Shown: positions 18,033 through 26,253 of the stretch, piece by piece
How the letters are laid out: the number at the start of each line of letters is the position of its first letter
Numbering within the stretch: the stretch's first letter is position 1
Source: an uncultured Acidobacteriaceae bacterium
GTDB taxonomy: Bacteria > Acidobacteriota > Terriglobia > Terriglobales > Acidobacteriaceae
Assembly: GCA_963769185.1 (NCBI GenBank)
Contig: CAVYKP010000007.1
Location: 466,449-530,448 of the forward strand
Direction of reading: 5' to 3'
DNA: 64,000 nucleotides
Made by a program: the position numbers and the translations under genes
The notes under the pieces: model-generated
What the model saw: the letters and a program-made list of their open reading frames with translations, nothing else
Told to the model about the DNA's origin: nothing
Database searches by the model: none

Positions 18033-18171
18033 ATGAGCCGCCCGCCCGAGTCCTACGCTGCGTCAGCCTTCGCTTTGTTCTGAGGATAAGAACGGGTCTC
18101 CCGTTCATGGGCGGCCCCAAGGTAAGCAGTGGCAACAGGGCGCGTGAATCGGCGCGGGCTTCGGTACCTTT

Positions 18172-18777
18172 TTACGATCGAGCGAACGTGATCAGCAGTT
18201 GGATGTCGTTCTTATCGGCAGCCCGGAGTGCTTCAATGTAGTCTTGTCGAATATTCCCCTGCGCCACAATCTCAGCTCCGCCCCAGGTAAACTCGGGTCG
18301 TCGTTGCAATTTGGCTAGAACGTCGGCCATGAGCCTTGCGTGTCGTCCATTCCCATTCGCGAACGGATGGATGAAGACGAGTCGGTGATGAAATCGAATC
18401 GCGATCTCATCGGGAGGGAACGTGGCATGTTCGATCCAATAGCTCGTGTCTCCAACGAGGATCGCCAGTTGCTCCCGAATCTGATGGTGACGAATCTGAT
18501 GGTGAAGTACACCGATGTTCTTTTCGCTGGTGCGATACAGGCCGGCCCAGTTCCATGTTTGATCGAACATCCTGCGGTGAAGTTCGCGCAGGTATGGCTC
18601 TGATAAGGCGTTCTCTCGTGCAAGCGTCCTCGAATTGAGAGCCCAGGAATACGCTATGAGGATGTTCTCTCGTTCCCATTGGTTCAGCTCTTCTTTGGTC
18701 GCAAGGTTGGGAATAAGGTCGGCCTGTTGGTCAGGAGTAAGAGGCGTGTTGCCGTCTCCTGTTGTAAAGATGGTCAT
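18172..18777 (-). CDS. Fic-domain protein, mobile mystery protein B type
   Basis: Fic motif HPFANGNGRHARL. The start at 18777 overlaps the upstream stop by 4 nt (ATGA). Contains a 15-nt tandem duplication (HHQIRHHQIR). Confidence 0.85.
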   Translation of the reverse strand: MTIFTTGDGNTPLTPDQQADLIPNLATKEELNQWERENILIAYSWALNSRTLARENALSEPYLRELHRRMFDQTWNWAGLYRTSEKNIGVLHHQIRHHQIREQLAILVGDTSYWIEHATFPPDEIAIRFHHRLVFIHPFANGNGRHARLMADVLAKLQRRPEFTWGGAEIVAQGNIRQDYIEALRAADKNDIQLLITFARS

Positions 18778-19220
18778 CGTTTCGTTCCACTTTGTCTCAC
18801 TCGTCGTGATTGTGCATCGACGGCCTGCTCTACATTTACGCTCGCTTGATCTTCGAGCGCCATAGAGTGTTCCACGCGCCGAACGGTATGCGATGCCGCG
18901 GCGCGCGCGCGCGCCGCTAGAGTCTCCTCGATGGTGGCGCCGCGCGGGACGAACGCATAGACCAGATCGCAATCAAGCGCATCCGCACACGCTCGCAAGC
19001 TTCGGAGTGTGATCCGGTCATCGACCTCAGCCTTTTCCTGTTGGGAAGCTAAGGAGCGGTTCGCCTGGAGTCGTTGCGCCAACTCACCAGAGGAGACGTG
19101 CATTGCTTCCCGGAGTGCGCGAATCCAGCCTTTGGGCGGGCGGGGCAGTTTGATGGAGCGGAGCGGCTGCACCATTCTGTCGATCTGTTGGGCACGCAGC
19201 TGACGGAAGTTTTCTTTCAT
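18774..19220 (-). CDS. XRE-type HTH protein, mobile mystery protein A type
   Basis: 148 aa. WIRALREAMHVSSGELAQRLQANRSLASQQE helix-turn-helix segment. Translationally coupled to the Fic gene. Confidence 0.8.
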   Translation of the reverse strand: MKENFRQLRAQQIDRMVQPLRSIKLPRPPKGWIRALREAMHVSSGELAQRLQANRSLASQQEKAEVDDRITLRSLRACADALDCDLVYAFVPRGATIEETLAARARAAASHTVRRVEHSMALEDQASVNVEQAVDAQSRRVRQSGTKR

Positions 19221-19244
19221 ATTGGCCTCGCTGGCTATCTATAA

Positions 19245-19347
19245 ACCAACAATCGCTGCTTATACGTCTATGCAAAGATAGACTAAAATTAAATAAATTT
19301 CTATCTATCGATAGGCATTTTGATGATTGATGACTATTTATAGATAG
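19245..19347. promoter_or_regulatory. AT-rich promoter/operator region with four CTATCTAT/ATAGATAG motifs
   Basis: CTATCTATA at 19245-19253, AAGATAGAC at 19275-19283, CTATCTATCGATAG at 19301-19314 (includes the 10-bp palindrome CTATCGATAG), TATAGATAG at 19339-19347. These lie 25-130 nt upstream of the start at 19220. Confidence 0.4.
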
Positions 19348-19371
19348 CAGACTTTACTATTGCGCTCGAAA

Positions 19372-19425
19372 CAAAGCTAAAGCGCTCGTGATGCTCGACC
19401 TGACCCTTCACCGTGCAGAAAGTCA
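19372..19425 (-). pseudogene. Relic of a RAYT 3' coding end
   Basis: ACAAAGCTAAAGCGCTCGTGATGCTCGACCTGACCCT aligns to 8680-8716 of the intact RAYT gene (HHKRFSF region). No ORF remains. Confidence 0.6.
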
Positions 19426-19476
19426 TGTACGGTTTCGCGACCGCTCGGGACTTTCGACATTGTTTCCGAAATCGCC

Positions 19477-19629
19477 CTAGTTCGGCGTCGGCCGTTCTGC
19501 CGAATCAATCACAATTACATCAACCGGCTCCTTCGTCGATTCAAGCTTTAGGCCGAGCTGTTCCTGCAATGCCGTAAGAAGCGAAGGAGCAGAAGAGTCG
19601 GATTTCAGCCCGTCGGCGGCGCCCGGAGG
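19477..19629 (-). pseudogene. TIGR03435-family protein, C-terminal fragment (gene split by a transposon)
   Basis: Encodes PGAADGLKSDSSAPSLLTALQEQLGLKLESTKEPVDVIVIDSAERPTPN, the conserved TIGR03435 C-terminus. In frame with 25205..25964 after removal of 19630-25204 plus one GAGG. Confidence 0.8.
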
Positions 19630-19824
19630 TGAGTGTACCGGGACATCCGTTACACTTTGGACCGGGGACATCCGTTACAAGTCCCTTGCGGAGTTGAGGG
19701 CTTGAATTGAGGTTATGGTTGGTCTTTGCCGTTGCTCCTAAACACCTAACCCGCCGTCGAGGCCGTGGTAATGTGGGAATCCTGAAGGGATTTCCAAAGA
19801 GTGTGGGAAGGGTGGAAAGCCGGT

Positions 19825-20250
19825 TTATGGCTTTCCATGCTTTCCATACTCTGTCATTTCCATGGCCTGGCTTGGGGGCGGGATCATCGAGAGCAGACTC
19901 GGCGAGCGGCTTTGAAGGACTAAGTAAAAATAGGTACCGCGTCCAAAAGGAGCGACCGCAGAGCTGAACCTTGATCTGCCCAACTTGTTGACCGTAGCTT
20001 TCTCAACCTCCGACCAGGCAACAAATTTGAACTTACCAAAGCGCAGGTACTCCAGTCCTCCCTCTGTGAGCCTCGCGAATACCAAGCGGGAAAAGAAAAA
20101 GAGAGCGGCGGCCAAGGGTAGATAAACGAGCCATGACCATAATGATTCCGTGGCCTGCGGGTGCCATATGGCCGACGCGACTAGTAGAAGTATCTGGACC
20201 GCTCGAATGTACCGTATTTTCCAAGCAGACCCAAACGTAGTTGCAGACAT
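19825..20250 (-). CDS. Hypothetical small membrane protein (transposon cargo)
   Basis: ORF 19825..20349; the internal ATG at 20250 gives MSATTFGSAWKIRYIRAVQILLLVASAIW with two TM-like segments. The true C-terminal end is uncertain. Confidence 0.4.
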   Translation of the reverse strand: MSATTFGSAWKIRYIRAVQILLLVASAIWHPQATESLWSWLVYLPLAAALFFFSRLVFARLTEGGLEYLRFGKFKFVAWSEVEKATVNKLGRSRFSSAVAPFGRGTYFYLVLQSRSPSLLSMIPPPSQAMEMTEYGKHGKP

Positions 20251-20283
20251 GATTCTCTCAACACCCCGTAACGGATGATAATT

Positions 20284-20360
20284 CCTCAAAAGTCTGCGTT
20301 GTCGGCAAGTTCGTGATCCCAGAAACTCGAACAGCACGAAGTTGGTCATAACCGCGTTTT
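20284..20360. repeat. 77-bp direct repeat, copy R1
   Basis: CCTCAAAAGTCTGCGTTGTCGGCAAGTTCGTGATCCCAGAAACTCGAACAGCACGAAGTTGGTCATAACCGCGTTTT. About 87 percent identical to 22126-22202. Confidence 0.85.
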
Positions 20361-20407
20361 TCTCTAATTCGACTCAACTGTCTAAGGTAGCCGTCTGACT
20401 ATCAAAT

Positions 20408-22102
20408 GTGCAACGATATGGAGAGTGGAGACCGAGATGCTATCTCGACGGCTCTGCATCTCACTCGCGGACCAATCCAGTGAAGTACCGCTGCATCGTT
20501 AGCTTCCTGATCACCGTCCCGGTTACACTCCACTCTGCGCAGGTGCAGTCGGGTGCCGAATCCGCGCCCCCAGCGGACCAAAAAGCAACGATCACGGCAT
20601 CTAGCGAGTGTGGGGCTGGCGCAACCTACGATCAGATCACAGACGCATGGCGCCATCCCACTTGGCCGCAAAAGATCCCAATGGGCACCGCTCCTATCAA
20701 GCTGACCGTACAATCCATTGAGTTCGATGATCGGCCGGTCACTGCAAAGATGGTCTCTCTTCCTGGTTTCTGTTGGCAGAGAACGCTCTCGGTTGGCGTG
20801 AACATCTCGACGGCAGGCGAGGCTTATGCCTTCGCAAACGGAGAGGGATCATACCGCGGAGGCGGAGGCGGCAAGTTGCCCGCAGAAACCATCGCCCGGC
20901 TGCAATTGCTAATGGACAAACTCCCCGGAGACGACCATCGAGTGCCTCCGCCGGGACGCAGAGTGCTGGTGAGCGTGCGAGAAGGCAGGACTGCGACCGT
21001 ACGCCTTTACGACAGCGAAAACCTGCCCGATAGCATCGTCGAGATGATCCGGCTGACGGACGCTCGTATCACGATAGTGACGCCCGTCTTGCAGTCAGAC
21101 AAAACCTGGGCCCCTGAGGAAGTAAAGGGCCTCGATTTTCCCCCGCCTATGGCCATTATCCCAAAGGCTCTGTATGTAAGCCCTGACCGAACGATCGGCG
21201 TATTGCACGACTTCGCGACAAACACACTCACCGTCTACGAGGGCAATAGCTGGCCGGAGATTGCCCCAACGCAGGGGAAGAAAATCATCCGCGAGATCCG
21301 CGAGTTCTGGCAGCCTCCACTACCCTACGGGTACTCGGTAAACGGAGAGTTCAGCCCCGACGGTCGCTATCTTCTGGTGACGTGGGGCAACCGTATCGGA
21401 GCTTTGTTGTACGACACGAGAACGTGGGAGCCCGTAACCGATCCGCACTTGTTTCCGCAGACTCTGAAGGAGTACCTTCACAGCCCCGATTGGAGTTTGG
21501 GAGTCGCGGTCACCAATGCGGGCGAAGCTCTGGTCTGGGACCAGAAGTCACATCGCGTTCTGTCGAAGCTCCAGGGACTCGGAGAGTTGGAACCCGCTTC
21601 CATGGCCTTGGATCAGAATTCGCGCCGCATCTACGACATCCCGAGCGGGGAGATCCGATCCGCCGCCTTTTCACCCGATCGCACACGCGTGGCAATTTAC
21701 AGCGGTCCCGATAATCAGCACAAACTGCGCCTGAGCGTCTGGGACATCAAGAGTGGCGACAGGCTGCGGGACTTTTGGCCGGTGGAGTGGATGTCGTTCC
21801 CAGACGGCCAGCCCCTGTGGTGGAACAATGGCCAATGGCTCGTCGCACCATACTCAAGCGAGTTTTCAAAAGCGGGCGTAGGTTTGTGGGATGCGGATAC
21901 TGGCCGCTTCAAGGGGACGCTGAGCTCTATGGGATGCGAACCACGGGAAAGCCTTCTGGTCGTGAGCAACAAACTGCTGCAGCGCTGTTTAGCGGGCCCG
22001 GATAAGGATGGCGAGGTGCTGGAATGGAGCGTGGAGGGGGTCAAAAAACAGCTGGAGACCGCAGCAGTTCGGCTTTCAATTGTTGAAAGCTCTCCCAAGT
22101 AG
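20408..22102 (+). CDS. Hypothetical beta-propeller (WD40/TolB-like) repeat protein (transposon cargo)
   Basis: 564-aa ORF. A possible GTG start at 20480 gives a signal-like VKYRCIVSFLITVPVTLHSAQV. Repeats of the FSPDGRYLLV / FSPDRTRVAIY type. Confidence 0.6.
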   Translation: MQRYGEWRPRCYLDGSASHSRTNPVKYRCIVSFLITVPVTLHSAQVQSGAESAPPADQKATITASSECGAGATYDQITDAWRHPTWPQKIPMGTAPIKLTVQSIEFDDRPVTAKMVSLPGFCWQRTLSVGVNISTAGEAYAFANGEGSYRGGGGGKLPAETIARLQLLMDKLPGDDHRVPPPGRRVLVSVREGRTATVRLYDSENLPDSIVEMIRLTDARITIVTPVLQSDKTWAPEEVKGLDFPPPMAIIPKALYVSPDRTIGVLHDFATNTLTVYEGNSWPEIAPTQGKKIIREIREFWQPPLPYGYSVNGEFSPDGRYLLVTWGNRIGALLYDTRTWEPVTDPHLFPQTLKEYLHSPDWSLGVAVTNAGEALVWDQKSHRVLSKLQGLGELEPASMALDQNSRRIYDIPSGEIRSAAFSPDRTRVAIYSGPDNQHKLRLSVWDIKSGDRLRDFWPVEWMSFPDGQPLWWNNGQWLVAPYSSEFSKAGVGLWDADTGRFKGTLSSMGCEPRESLLVVSNKLLQRCLAGPDKDGEVLEWSVEGVKKQLETAAVRLSIVESSPK

Positions 22103-22125
22103 ACTATTGCGCAATCAAGCGGTGT

Positions 22126-22202
22126 CCTGCAAAGTCTGTGTTGTCGGCAAGTTCGTGGTCCCAAAAGCTGGAACAGGACGAAGTTAGTCATAACCCCGTT
22201 TT
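22126..22202. repeat. 77-bp direct repeat, copy R2
   Basis: Same orientation as R1, 1,842 bp away. Begins 24 nt after the stop of the beta-propeller gene. Confidence 0.85.
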
Positions 22203-22327
22203 ACGTCAGGTTGATCGGAGGTAATACACCTAGCTACCATGCGCATGTGGGCAAAAATACAGACAAGGACGCCGACAATGCTTAGTCTTGAAAGTCTGGA
22301 GTGGACGCCCGGCCCGAACATACGGAA

Positions 22328-23110
22328 CTAGTCCGGCAGGCCAGCGACCGAGCGCAGCAGCGGCACGCTGTCTTTTGCGAAGGGGAGCTTGAATCCTTGT
22401 CCAATGTCGATGCCGTTGGGCAACTCCAACATCTTCTTCAACGCCACGTCCCGGCGCTCGCCGAGCCTGGCACGGTCGTCGGCGGTCAGGCCCTGCATGA
22501 CCTCCTTCAGTCGCGAGGCGCCGAGGTCGGTGCAGTAGGCGGCACTACCCGGCTGTTGGCGCCAGGACGCGTCAAGACCGCCGGCGTCGACCCCGTCGAA
22601 GCCGATCTCCTCGATTAGACCGATCACCACATCCTTGGCCCGCTGGTCATCGCCCGCGACCGGCAGGGCGAAGCGCTCCGGCGAGCCTTTGGGGCACCCT
22701 TGATTTCGGAGGCTGTCAAACGAGATGCTGTTGAACGCCTTGACGACCGGTCGTCCCAACTGTTCGGCCACCCACTTCGTCTCGGGCATGCCGTTTTCCA
22801 ATGGCTCTATGCGTCCGTCACGCATGGAATAGTAGTTGCCAGTGTCGACCACGATGAGGTCGTGGCGCGCGCCATCGAATAGATTGGCCGGAAATTGCTG
22901 GATAGCCTTCATCGGCACCGAGATAATCAGCACGTCTGACTGCCTGGCGACATCGACGACCGAAACCGCCGTCGCGCCGACCTCCTTCGCCAGATCGGCG
23001 ATAGTCTCGGGGCCGCGGGAGTTTGCGATCCGCACGGTATGCCCCGCGTCCTTGAGCTTTCGTGCGAGGCAGGAGCCGATGAAGCCGGCGCCGATCAGAC
23101 TGATTTCCAT
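22328..23110 (-). CDS. NADPH-dependent F420 reductase-like NAD(P)-binding oxidoreductase
   Basis: 260 aa. N-terminal Rossmann motif MEISLIGAGFIGSCLARKL. Divergent from an HxlR regulator, a classic pairing. Confidence 0.75.
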   Translation of the reverse strand: MEISLIGAGFIGSCLARKLKDAGHTVRIANSRGPETIADLAKEVGATAVSVVDVARQSDVLIISVPMKAIQQFPANLFDGARHDLIVVDTGNYYSMRDGRIEPLENGMPETKWVAEQLGRPVVKAFNSISFDSLRNQGCPKGSPERFALPVAGDDQRAKDVVIGLIEEIGFDGVDAGGLDASWRQQPGSAAYCTDLGASRLKEVMQGLTADDRARLGERRDVALKKMLELPNGIDIGQGFKLPFAKDSVPLLRSVAGLPD

Positions 23111-23254
23111 GATTTCTCCCGTAAATTTCGTTAGAGCAAGAGGCGGTTTCTTCCTGCCGCGGACCTGATTTACTGCCCTGAAGAAAGACTAAATCTATGG
23201 GTGACTGGTGCGCAAGAACACACCAAAAAGTGTAATACTAACCTGTAAGTAACC

Positions 23255-23620
23255 ATGAAAAAGACAAAACAAACATTCACGCAAACATGTTGCACCGTGG
23301 AACTGGAAGAAGCGCTCAAAGTGCTGGAAGGACGATGGAAGATAGTCATCCTCTTCCATCTCTTCAGTGCACCCGTACTACGGTTCTCGGAATTACGCCG
23401 CGCAGTGTCCGGGATATCTCAGAAGATGCTGATTCAGCAATTACGTGACTTGGAAAAAGATGGCGTGGTTCACCGCAAGGTGTATCCGGAAGTGCCACCC
23501 AAGGTGGAATACATGTTGACGAAAGATGGGGCGGCCCTTCGTCCGGCGCTCAAGGCGCTTAAGTCCTGGGCAGAATCGCGAAAGGTACCATCTTCGATAA
23601 AGAAAAATCCCGCTAGTTAA
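23255..23620 (+). CDS. HxlR family transcriptional regulator
   Basis: 121 aa. LEGRWKIVILFHLFSAPVLRFSELRRAVSGISQKMLIQQLRDLEKDGVVHRKVYPEVPPKVEYMLT is canonical HxlR wHTH. Confidence 0.85.
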   Translation: MKKTKQTFTQTCCTVELEEALKVLEGRWKIVILFHLFSAPVLRFSELRRAVSGISQKMLIQQLRDLEKDGVVHRKVYPEVPPKVEYMLTKDGAALRPALKALKSWAESRKVPSSIKKNPAS

Positions 23621-23934
23621 GCAGACTTTTCGGTGGCTCGAGTTTCCGATTGCCTGCCCTGGATATAAGGCCTTGGACATAACCTTCCAGTGAATACACC
23701 CTGTTTACTTCGATGGTCCATGTCGTTCGGAAGCTGACTGCATCGAGCCAGATTGGTTGATCAATTCAAGTTGTTGTGCAACCGGCTATCCGGAAAATTG
23801 ATCCGAACCTCCCGCGAAGTCACGTTGTCGGCAACTTCGAACCAGCTGCCGACAAACGGGCTATTGATTTCAGGGCTCCGACTCTGCAGCGTCTCTCTTC
23901 CCTTGCCGCTACTTCGACCCTTCGACCTATCAGG

Positions 23935-25098
23935 TCATCGCAGCATCTGCATTGGCCTAAACCGTAGCGCTTCGACGTCGAACTCCCCAATCTCGAGGCC
24001 GCGGAACAAGACTTTGTAAAAGTCTTCGGCAACCATCTCGAATCCTAGATCCTCAAAGCGAAATACCTCGCTTATGAAAACCCTGTCTTTGTGCCAGCTA
24101 ATATCGCCACTGTTGTTTACCCTGCGGGTCAGAAACCCCTTCGGGTAGACGAAATCTATGAGAGTACGGGGAATCATCACAGAGCTGGGCTGGTAAAGGC
24201 TGCCGGGCGTCAGATTGTTCAATCCCTCGTGTGGCCGCTCATGATTGAACATCTGCCTGAAACGGTCGAACTTTCTTTGCTGCAATCGTAGCGTGAGGGC
24301 TACTGGGTTCGTTGTGTCCTCTTTGAGAGTCCGATGCATCCGTTCGTGTCTTCCGTTCTGCTGCGGCCTTCCTGGTTGAATGCGCTCGTGCACGATGCCC
24401 ATCTTCATCCATCCAAGCGACAGCTTCAACAGTCCGAGTAGACCGGTTCCGGCGAATGGCGCTCCGTTGTCCGTTCTTATTCTCGCTGGCATGCCGTATT
24501 CACGCATCGCAGCCTCACAAACCGCTCTGACTTGACTCAAATCCATCCGGGAGACAATCTGGCAGCGGATCAGATAACGGCTGTGAGCGTCCGTGATGGT
24601 GAACGGGGCGCAACGCGTTCCATCGCCCGTAGTGAAGTAGCCCTTGAAATCCATGCACCAGAGTTGATTCGGTGCGGTCACCTCTGAGAACGGCTCGGAA
24701 TAGGGTGTTGTGCGACGCTTCTTTCGCTTGGGGCTAGTCAACCCAGCACGTTGGAGGATGTTACCGAACGTGCTGGCCGCCGGCCATTCCACGTTGGGGT
24801 CTAGCTGTTCCAGCCTCGCTTTGAGCTTCCGTGCTCCCCACGATGGGTACTTGCTCCGCAACGCAAGGATCGCGTTCTCGGTCCTCTCGGGCGTCGCGTG
24901 AGAGCAGCTATGAGGCCTACTGCTTAGGTCTAAGAGACCTTCAGGTCCGACTTCTTTGTAGCGGTTGATCCATCGGTATCCAGTAGGCCGGGAAACTCCG
25001 AACTCACGGCAGAGATCAGAAATTGACATATCTTCCTTTTGGTAGCTCGACAGAAATTGCAGGCGTTGATCCACGATACGACTCTCTTTCCAGGGCAT
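23935..25098 (-). CDS. IS481-family DDE transposase (integrase core domain)
   Basis: 387 aa. N-terminal HTH (MPWKESRIVDQRLQFL ... FGVSRPTGYRWINRYKE), a DDE core (WCMDFKG ... IRTDNGAPF ... QNGRHERMHRTLKE), and an SH3-like C-terminal extension. Confidence 0.9.
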   Translation of the reverse strand: MPWKESRIVDQRLQFLSSYQKEDMSISDLCREFGVSRPTGYRWINRYKEVGPEGLLDLSSRPHSCSHATPERTENAILALRSKYPSWGARKLKARLEQLDPNVEWPAASTFGNILQRAGLTSPKRKKRRTTPYSEPFSEVTAPNQLWCMDFKGYFTTGDGTRCAPFTITDAHSRYLIRCQIVSRMDLSQVRAVCEAAMREYGMPARIRTDNGAPFAGTGLLGLLKLSLGWMKMGIVHERIQPGRPQQNGRHERMHRTLKEDTTNPVALTLRLQQRKFDRFRQMFNHERPHEGLNNLTPGSLYQPSSVMIPRTLIDFVYPKGFLTRRVNNSGDISWHKDRVFISEVFRFEDLGFEMVAEDFYKVLFRGLEIGEFDVEALRFRPMQMLR

Positions 25099-25204
25099 AC
25101 CGCATCATCGTGCGTAAGACCAAAGCCTAGGAACCATCAGGGTTCCAACCAGCTGTAACGCATGTCCTTGGTCTGTTTTGTAACGCAAGTGCTAAGTACG
25201 CTCA

Positions 25205-25964
25205 GAGGTGCAGCCCCCATCGTCGGATCCGGCGTCCACCTGAGCACAAAGTCGAAGCTTCCCTTGAGGCCGGTCCTGTCAACCACAATCTTGCCGCCGA
25301 TCTCGGGGAGCGACGAAAGCTCGTTTGCGAGCGCATTCATGGGCACGTCTGTTGCTTTCCAATTCCCCGGCGGCCCATCGGCATCACCGAGCTCATCCTC
25401 GACGGTCTTCCCCGATGACTTCATCTTGGATCCGCTTTTCGCCTGAACCAGCGCATAGACTGGAAGCCGCCTCATCTCATGATGCGTTCGCAATTTGAAC
25501 CTTTCGACTAGAAGCGCCTGAACCATGTTTTGCTCAGCGCGAATTTGCTGTTTCAGCGGCATCTTCCCGAAAGCGCGCATGGTTTCTTCGTCGCACTTGG
25601 CCTCAATGTCAAATTTCGATGAAGCGAGCCACTTCGGTCCGCCAACGATACGCTGGTCGACGTTGTAATAGCCGAAGTCTTGCACAAACTCGATGATTTC
25701 TTTCAGCGATTGCGACTTCGCATCGAACGAGCCGAAAGGCGTAAACCCGACGCTTCCATCAGCCTCGGCTCTGTTCGGGTCGCTTGGCTTGATGGTGGCT
25801 ACAACGAATCGGGGAGAAGGCGAAGCGAGCGCCTGCGCGCCACAAAGTGGCGTCAGCGAGCCCAGCAGCGCGAAAACGATGCAACGGACAACAACCAGCT
25901 GGAGCATTCTCAATGGACGCTTCAACTGCGGATTTGCCACCAAGCCCGACATTCCGAGTGGCAA
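25205..25964 (-). pseudogene. TIGR03435-family protein, N-terminal part (gene split by a transposon)
   Basis: FVVATIKPSDPN ... IVGGPKWLASSKFDIEAK ... VVDRTGLKGSFDFVLRWTPDP matches the TIGR03435 family. The ORF runs into the transposon IR and ends in unrelated residues (VLSTCVTKQ...). Confidence 0.8.
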
Positions 25965-26215
25965 AGCTTACCATCGCACGGATTCGCTAGTGGGGCGCCA
26001 CGGAACAGCATTCCTCCTCAATCAGGATCCATGGAGGAGAAATCTGAAGGCCATTCCACTGAACTGGGACGCGGACTCTCTTTGACGTGGATAGCATTGC
26101 GGATTCGTAAAACGCTATGCCGTTTTCCGTTACCGATCCTGCCTACCACGCTGAACTTTGGTTGACTGTGGGGTAACGGGACACTTGAGCTCCCTCCCCA
26201 TGCTGATCGCTCACC

Positions 26216-26245
26216 TTGACAGTCTACCGGAAGGGCCGCTATTCT
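26216..26245 (+). promoter_or_regulatory. Candidate sigma70-like promoter of the padR-ADOP operon (near-leaderless)
   Basis: TTGACA (26216-26221), 18-nt spacer, TATTCT (26240-26245), then 8 nt to the ATG at 26254. Confidence 0.3.
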
Positions 26246-26253
26246 CGCCTAGA

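Larger units (their letters stand above)
19630..25204 (-). mobile_element. 5,575-bp IS481-family transposon carrying passenger genes
   Basis: About 50-bp imperfect terminal IRs starting TGAGYGTAC, each with two GGACATSCGTTACA-like motifs (19641-19654, 19666-19679; 25154-25167, 25179-25192). GAGG direct repeats at 19626-19629 and 25205-25208. Interrupts a TIGR03435 gene. Confidence 0.75.

Noticed and set aside
18091-18107. Hairpin GAACGGGTCTCCCGTTC between the convergent DUF4239 and Fic genes, considered as an intrinsic terminator.
   Set aside because: It is a short 7-bp stem with no following U-tract on either strand, which is insufficient for a terminator call.
19707-19967. 86-aa plus-strand ORF (…GILKGFPKSVGRVESRFMAFHAFHTLSFPWP…) just inside the transposon left end.
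   Set aside because: It overlaps the 3' part of the minus-strand membrane-protein ORF and has no start context or family signature. It may instead be non-coding transposon-end sequence. Left uncalled.
23640-23934. Searched for an inner inverted repeat that would define a normal 1.3-kb IS481 element ending just downstream of the transposase gene.
   Set aside because: There is only weak resemblance (GGACATAACCTTCC at 23685, GGTCCATGTCGTTCGG at 23714) to the GGACATSCGTTACA motif, and no TGAGYGTAC end. The data do not support a minimal IS, so the 5.6-kb unit is preferred. The weak matches are noted as a caveat.
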